Below, one piece after another: positions 59,155 through 64,000 of a stretch of 64,000 nucleotides of DNA (within the stretch, counting starts at the first letter, position 1; each line of letters opens with the position of its first letter). Position numbers and translations under genes: made by a program. Below the pieces are notes generated by a model. It saw nothing but the letters and a program-made list of their open reading frames with translations, had not been told where the DNA came from and did no database searches. This DNA is from a virus (Duplodnaviria > Caudoviricetes): IMG/VR virus record IMGVR_UViG_3300021256_000087, positions 1 through 64,000 of that record, one strand, 5' to 3'.

Positions 59155-59511
59155 TTACATCTGTTCGACTTTACGCTTCATCTCTTCGATTTGACGCATC
59201 ATCTGTTCTTTGTCCATATGTCCGCTAGCGCCATCATCACGACTGGTGTAACGTCCCATTGAATCTCTTCCTCTGCGAGCCTGACTATAATCGTCACGAT
59301 AATATCTGCGAGCATTACTATAATCATCGTAGTAGTTGCCAGCATATGATCCACCAGCTTCTTCCATTGCTTCTATAGTTTTAATGTCCTTGATAATATC
59401 AACAGCCTTGTATGCTCTTTCGAGTTCAGTAGGAGAGATATCGTTCTTTTGATTCAATCTTTTAATCTCATCTTTGAGATTATCACAAAGATCATATAAT
59501 TCATCCATCAT
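59155..59511 (-). CDS. Cassette protein 6 (unknown function)
   Basis: 118 aa, RRGRDSMGRYTSR motif. Confidence 0.75.
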   Translation of the reverse strand: MMDELYDLCDNLKDEIKRLNQKNDISPTELERAYKAVDIIKDIKTIEAMEEAGGSYAGNYYDDYSNARRYYRDDYSQARRGRDSMGRYTSRDDGASGHMDKEQMMRQIEEMKRKVEQM

Positions 59512-59529
59512 AATAACTTTCCTCCTCTC

Positions 59530-60006
59530 TTAGGCAATTCGTGTAACAGTAAGATTAGCATTCTGAACAAGTATTGCGGGTGCGGGCACCGTTGCGGGTG
59601 TTGCACTCTCAGAAGTATTCTCAACGCTAACATTCATGCAGCAACATTTAGGAACATCAATTATTGCAGTTGACGTAACATTAAAGAAATTATTCTGAGT
59701 AGGAGGATCTGCAGCTACTGCTGCGGGTGTGACAATTGCCCTACTAGTAAGGATGGGCTCTCCGTCCAGTGCAAGACTTACACTTATTGGCCCAACGGTA
59801 GTTCCAGTGGGAACTGCTATATTGCCGTTAAAGGTGACCTGATATCTAGCGAATCCACAAGGACTGTTAGAAATGCCACGGAGAGTTACAATACCACTTC
59901 CATTCCTGTGATATATCGATCCCTTATTGCAGCCGATACTCGTATTAAGAGTAACGGGCTGATTGGGTTGAACGACCTGATATTCGTTCTTCGTAAACTC
60001 AGCCAT
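59530..60006 (-). CDS. Cassette protein 5, Cys-rich beta-sandwich (BclA-C-like, tentative)
   Basis: 158 aa, YQVTFNGNIA, KCCC motif. Confidence 0.75.
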   Translation of the reverse strand: MAEFTKNEYQVVQPNQPVTLNTSIGCNKGSIYHRNGSGIVTLRGISNSPCGFARYQVTFNGNIAVPTGTTVGPISVSLALDGEPILTSRAIVTPAAVAADPPTQNNFFNVTSTAIIDVPKCCCMNVSVENTSESATPATVPAPAILVQNANLTVTRIA

Positions 60007-60018
60007 AGTCGTACCCCC

Positions 60019-61073
60019 TTAAATTAAAGAGGTACCACCGTTACATCCACATCCGTTACCGCATGTGAATATAGGGGTTCTGCCATATACCGGAGTGCTG
60101 GGCACGGGGCAACTAGAAAGTCTATTATAGAGTTGATCAACCTCATCGCTGAATCCCTGCTGAATGAAAGCATTCTGTGCAGTCTGAGATTCGCGGAGAG
60201 CAGCCATATTGAGCTGACTTCTTAAGTTGTCGTTCTCCCTCTTGTAGCCATCCAGCTCGAGCTGGCAAAGTTTATCGAGGATAGACTGAGTATTTGCAGC
60301 ATTAGCAGATCTGGTAGCACAAGCTTCAGTTGCGATGGTATACTTTACATCGGCAGTAGCTGCTCTATTATCGCAGCAACACTGAGCAAGCTGTGACTGG
60401 ATCGCATTCAGCCCCTGAGTAGAAGCGGTCTGAGCTGCAAAACTTCTCTCCATATCAGCAATCTGATTGGAGAAGAGTTGAGTAGAGATGTCGCCAATAC
60501 CATCTCTTACAGAGGTGATATTGTCATTTATCATAGCGTCTCTATAGGTACCATTTGTATTCGCATTAATTCCTGACTGTCCATTAAGGATCCAAGGGAA
60601 GTCGTTGCCTCCACCGAATCCACCATTTCCCCATCCGTTACCCATGATAGCGAAGAGGAAGAGTATAACCCCAATATGTTATCGCGCAGACTTTTTATTC
60701 CGCGCTTCTTGCGCTTTTATTCGCACAAGTTCAGCATATCTTTTCAACTATTTAATGCATATAATATAAATGTTTGGACGCGTTTTATTCTTTTCTGTTC
60801 GGCTTCAATCAACTATGTTTAAATAGTTGTCGCAGCCTCGTGGGCACATTGTATTCTGTTTCCAGTTTCAGTGCCTATGCGTTGCGCATGACTGTACTTT
60901 TACATACAGCCTTCTGCTCGGATTTGCGTTTCAGCATTCCCGCTTAATTCTGCGATTTAAAGTTGGCAAGTTTTTGTTCACCAACCGTCTCCGCCAAATC
61001 CTGAATTTCCGTAGCCTCCGCCGTACGCGGGAGCAACAGGCATATACATGCCGTTTGAATCTGTAAGTGCCAT
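60019..61073 (-). CDS. Cassette protein 4, spliced: exon 1 61073-60980, exon 2 60671-60019, 248 aa
   Basis: RBS GAAAGGAG and ATG 61073; joining the exons restores ...GFGGDGW-W-VILFLFAIMGNGWG...; Gly-rich TM region, QCCC coiled coil. Confidence 0.85.
60672..60979 (-). mobile_element. Group I intron (IA-like), 308 nt, no homing endonuclease ORF
   Basis: P1 GTTGGT/GCCAAC with U.G at the 5' splice site; terminal G; P3 TCGCAG/CTGCGA; P7 ACGCATA/TATGCT; P8 11-bp CAACTATTTAA/TTAAATAGTTG; P10 AACTT/GGGTT. Confidence 0.9.
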
Positions 61074-61144
61074 AATGATTCTCCTTTCAACAATAAGGTT
61101 TACAGTTATATATCAAAATCACTTATGCGCAATCGTGATTGATA

Positions 61145-61369
61145 TCAAAGCCTAATGCCCATACTGCGGGCTTGTTGAATTAAGTAGTTCAAATTTCCTT
61201 GAGACATACTTCCATTGTTTAGTAAATACTGTATAGCTCCTTCTGGATTGTACATATACTGTTGTGGTATATTTACATTATTCTCCATTAAGAACTGCAT
61301 TGGATTTCCTTTAAATCTTTGAAATTGTCCCATCAATCCCTGTACTCCATATGGATTAGGGTTTTGCAT
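61145..61369 (-). CDS. Cassette protein 3 (Asn/Gln/Met-rich)
   Basis: 74 aa, NP.GAIQYLLNNGSMSQ motif. Confidence 0.7.
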   Translation of the reverse strand: MQNPNPYGVQGLMGQFQRFKGNPMQFLMENNVNIPQQYMYNPEGAIQYLLNNGSMSQGNLNYLIQQARSMGIRL

Positions 61370-61790
61370 TATTTGCTACCTCACTTTTAGAATCATTGTT
61401 TCTCTGCGGGTAATTCTGTTTATTTCTATTGTTCTGAAGCGACAACACAGATGTCTTTAATGAATCCATATCTGACGCTAACTTCTCAACAATAGATGCC
61501 ATATAATCCTTTGTGACATAATTATCTTCTTCCTTTTTAACCTCTTCCCTTTTGATCATGTCGTATATTTCAAATACCGGCGCCTCCAGCTGAGAGAACC
61601 CCTGTGTCTTAATGCACACTATGGGCTGATTCTCAATCTTAAAGGTTACGACATTGCCGAGTCCGACAGGATAGTTACGCGCATACTCAACACTCGATGC
61701 TTCCATAACCCATCTGTTCATGACGGGTTGAGAAGGCATTTGCTGCTGAGCGTAGCCGTAAGGATTTTGTGGATAATTATTCATTGCCAT
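61356..61790 (-). CDS. Cassette protein 2
   Basis: 144 aa, ARNYPVGLGN motif, C-terminal coiled coil. Confidence 0.7.
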   Translation of the reverse strand: MAMNNYPQNPYGYAQQQMPSQPVMNRWVMEASSVEYARNYPVGLGNVVTFKIENQPIVCIKTQGFSQLEAPVFEIYDMIKREEVKKEEDNYVTKDYMASIVEKLASDMDSLKTSVLSLQNNRNKQNYPQRNNDSKSEVANNAKP

Positions 61791-62167
61791 CGGCTCCCTT
61801 CAAAGAAGTAGACTGGGATCTCGTCACCGGAATCCCAAGTATCATAGTAATCACCGTCGATTACACATACAACGTGACTACCAGTTGCCAATAAAAATTT
61901 TCCATAAGGATTATCGTAACAAAAATCTCTAATTGTATAACAATCCGGACACGAGTTCGGGATCACCCTTTTCTTGTATCCAATCATTTTCAGATACGTC
62001 ATCCATACTTCGTTAGAAGAGGGCATGTCATACATTTGTCTACCGAGCTTTGTTATTTGATCATATGTATATTCCCATGATGTATCTGTTAATATAGAGA
62101 TTCCTCTTATGACACAATCCCCAACAAGGTTTTTTATTGGATTAGGATTTTTATAAATATATGCCAT
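61781..62167 (-). CDS. Cassette protein 1, putative C39-like cysteine peptidase fold
   Basis: GDCVIRGI (Cys) ... SHVVCVIDG.YYDTWDS (His/Asp). Confidence 0.6.
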   Translation of the reverse strand: MAYIYKNPNPIKNLVGDCVIRGISILTDTSWEYTYDQITKLGRQMYDMPSSNEVWMTYLKMIGYKKRVIPNSCPDCYTIRDFCYDNPYGKFLLATGSHVVCVIDGDYYDTWDSGDEIPVYFFEGSRWQ

Positions 62168-62188
62168 AAGAATTTCCTTTCAAAATTA

Positions 62189-62212
62189 TAGTGCTGGCTT
62201 TTACACCAGCAC
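62189..62212 (-). terminator. Hairpin terminator upstream of the cassette
   Basis: TAGTGCTGG/CCAGCACTA inverted repeat. Confidence 0.55.
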
Positions 62213-62218
62213 TAATAA

Positions 62219-62506
62219 TTAATCTTCATCATAAACGTAATAGGTTGTACCATTCATCTTCTCGGCTTCACTTAATAAATCATAACGAGCCTTTGATAAA
62301 ACTACCTCATTTGTTATTCCGTCCATTACGTCAATATAATCGGTTTCTACGGTGCCATCGTCAAGCGTCCACTTAAATGTAATGCGGTGTCCGCCTTCGA
62401 TTGTTTCAATGCTGTCAATCGTACAGTTTTTACCCTTAACAGCACCGCCTCCGATCAAACTTTCCTCGGTATATTTCCTAGAAAGTATATATGATACTAT
62501 ATCCAT
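62219..62506 (-). CDS. Hypothetical structural protein
   Basis: 95 aa, AVKGKNCTIDSI motif, RBS AAGGAG. Confidence 0.65.
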   Translation of the reverse strand: MDIVSYILSRKYTEESLIGGGAVKGKNCTIDSIETIEGGHRITFKWTLDDGTVETDYIDVMDGITNEVVLSKARYDLLSEAEKMNGTTYYVYDED

Positions 62507-62548
62507 ATTGTTTCTCCTTATGACGGGTTGTTACAAAATTACAATTAT

Positions 62549-64000
62549 TTATGTGTTCGCATTTTTATTAAAATTAAATATTCTAACTTTTCCAGTAGGA
62601 TTATGCGACTCTAAATCCATATCATTTACAGTTAATCTTATCGCAGTAGGAGAAGCTGAGACATCATGATTATAGTCATCTTTATATTGATCTTCTGCTC
62701 CAATAGCTCCAATATAACTATCTCCGTTATACATTAAACATCCCTTATAGTTATATGCCGCTTCTCCGATACAAGTCGTAGCAATTGTATGCATAACAGG
62801 AGCTTCAATAAGATTAGAAAACCACGTATGAGAAGTAGGATCTTCGGTTATTAGTCCGGTATTAGTATCTAATACTCCGGCAGTCCACGACGTAACATTG
62901 CTAGTAAGGTCTGTTCCACCTGATAAAATAGTAAGGGTAGAATATACTTTAGCAGGATCATATAAATGTATATTTATAGAATAAGTATCAGGAGGTGTTA
63001 TTATAACGTCTCCGTTATAAGGGGTTCTCCCTTTATATCCCAGACTGTTGCCAGATGCATCATACATAAATACATCTACTTCTTGTAAGCTACTTTCAGA
63101 ATTAAATTCTGGTAAATGTATAGCAGATCCAACAGAATGCAGAGCAGATACTGAACCGCCCGGCATTTCTGACCAACCTCCATTATCAATCAACTCCTCA
63201 ACTTTGGTTGAATATTCGTCTTGAGACACATCTACGGTGGCTGCACATATAGCAGTCTGAGATCCACATCTAATGTTTATATTGGCTGTCCCATTTGTTA
63301 TTGGAGTTACCACCCCGTAATCACTAATTTGAATAATAGAGTTATTACTTGAACTATAAAAAACTCTATCGGTAGTATCGGCTGGAGTTAGTGTCATAGA
63401 TAAAGAGAATGGCTCTAAATCACTAATTGTAAGTGTTGCGGGTATGTCAATAGATGTACATGCAACCCGCTCTTTGAGTTGTGAAAATTTCTCATCTACA
63501 TATGTTTGTCTATTATAAATATAATCTTCTATTTGCCATACGTTATTGCCAGTAGCGTTGGGTATATCAGGATAAATGACGACATCTCTGTCATATAATT
63601 CAAGACCAATCAAATCATTAAATTCCTCAGATTTAATGACTAAATTTTCCATAGTCATTATTGTTTGTCTTAATGCTTCATATCTCGCCTTTATCCTAAG
63701 CGGGAATAAATCCCACACTCTCTCAAAAAGATGATTATATTGCTCTTCATAGTCCTGAGGACAAGCATAATTATATGGAACGATATATCTTCCAGAATAA
63801 AAATTTCCGTAAGTGCTATCTAAATCATATGGCGACAAATACCATTTAGTGCCATCATATGTCAACATTATCATATTCTTTCCAAGATTATCTAATGCAT
63901 TGAAAAAATATGCGAAGATATAATAATCAATAATATTATCCACATCGAAGTAATTATTAATGTTATTAATAAAATCAGAATCGGAAGCGTTAATAACAAA
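62549..64000 (-). CDS. CotH kinase-like protein with Ig-like (Big_2) domain, 5' end outside the window
   Basis: Frame open to the window edge; DYYIF..DNLGKNM..KWYLSPYDLDSTYG motif; Big_2-like segment. Confidence 0.7.
   Translation of the reverse strand, partial: FVINASDSDFINNINNYFDVDNIIDYYIFAYFFNALDNLGKNMIMLTYDGTKWYLSPYDLDSTYGNFYSGRYIVPYNYACPQDYEEQYNHLFERVWDLFPLRIKARYEALRQTIMTMENLVIKSEEFNDLIGLELYDRDVVIYPDIPNATGNNVWQIEDYIYNRQTYVDEKFSQLKERVACTSIDIPATLTISDLEPFSLSMTLTPADTTDRVFYSSSNNSIIQISDYGVVTPITNGTANINIRCGSQTAICAATVDVSQDEYSTKVEELIDNGGWSEMPGGSVSALHSVGSAIHLPEFNSESSLQEVDVFMYDASGNSLGYKGRTPYNGDVIITPPDTYSINIHLYDPAKVYSTLTILSGGTDLTSNVTSWTAGVLDTNTGLITEDPTSHTWFSNLIEAPVMHTIATTCIGEAAYNYKGCLMYNGDSYIGAIGAEDQYKDDYNHDVSASPTAIRLTVNDMDLESHNPTGKVRIFNFNKNANT

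Noticed and set aside
60827-61066. 79-aa + strand ORF, or a homing endonuclease in the intron
   Set aside because: Antisense to the intron and exon 1; no LAGLIDADG, GIY-YIG or HNH motif; the intron is too short.
1-64000. Stop-codon reassignment, CRISPR array, integrase or att site
   Set aside because: Genes are long and intact in the standard code; no suppressor tRNA, no spaced direct repeats and no recombinase were seen.

Overview
Fragment of a large AT-rich tailed dsDNA phage, probably a siphovirus of gut or rumen Clostridia. Its late-gene order recalls SPbeta-like phages (inference from synteny). The window has two convergent halves that meet at a terminator near 16,990. The + strand half (1-16.9 kb) carries an RNA-rich cluster (1-3.3 kb) with nine tRNA or tRNA-like elements, a pistol self-cleaving ribozyme just after a promoter, and several structured spacers. 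It also carries nucleotide-metabolism and replication genes (Gmk-like, ThyX-like, DnaE-type polymerase, NrdD) and a displaced modular endolysin. The - strand half (17-64 kb) is the late region, read from right to left: a partial CotH-like protein, a six-gene cassette of unknown function (one gene split by a group I intron at 60672-60979), portal, protease/scaffold, capsid, neck and tail genes, a ~5000-aa tape measure protein with two JAB-like domains, Dit/Tal, two DUF285/BspA LRR proteins, holins and a papain-like protease. I saw no integrase, terminase, CRISPR array, reverse transcriptase or sign of stop-codon recoding. All calls come from reading the sequence by eye; no searches were run.
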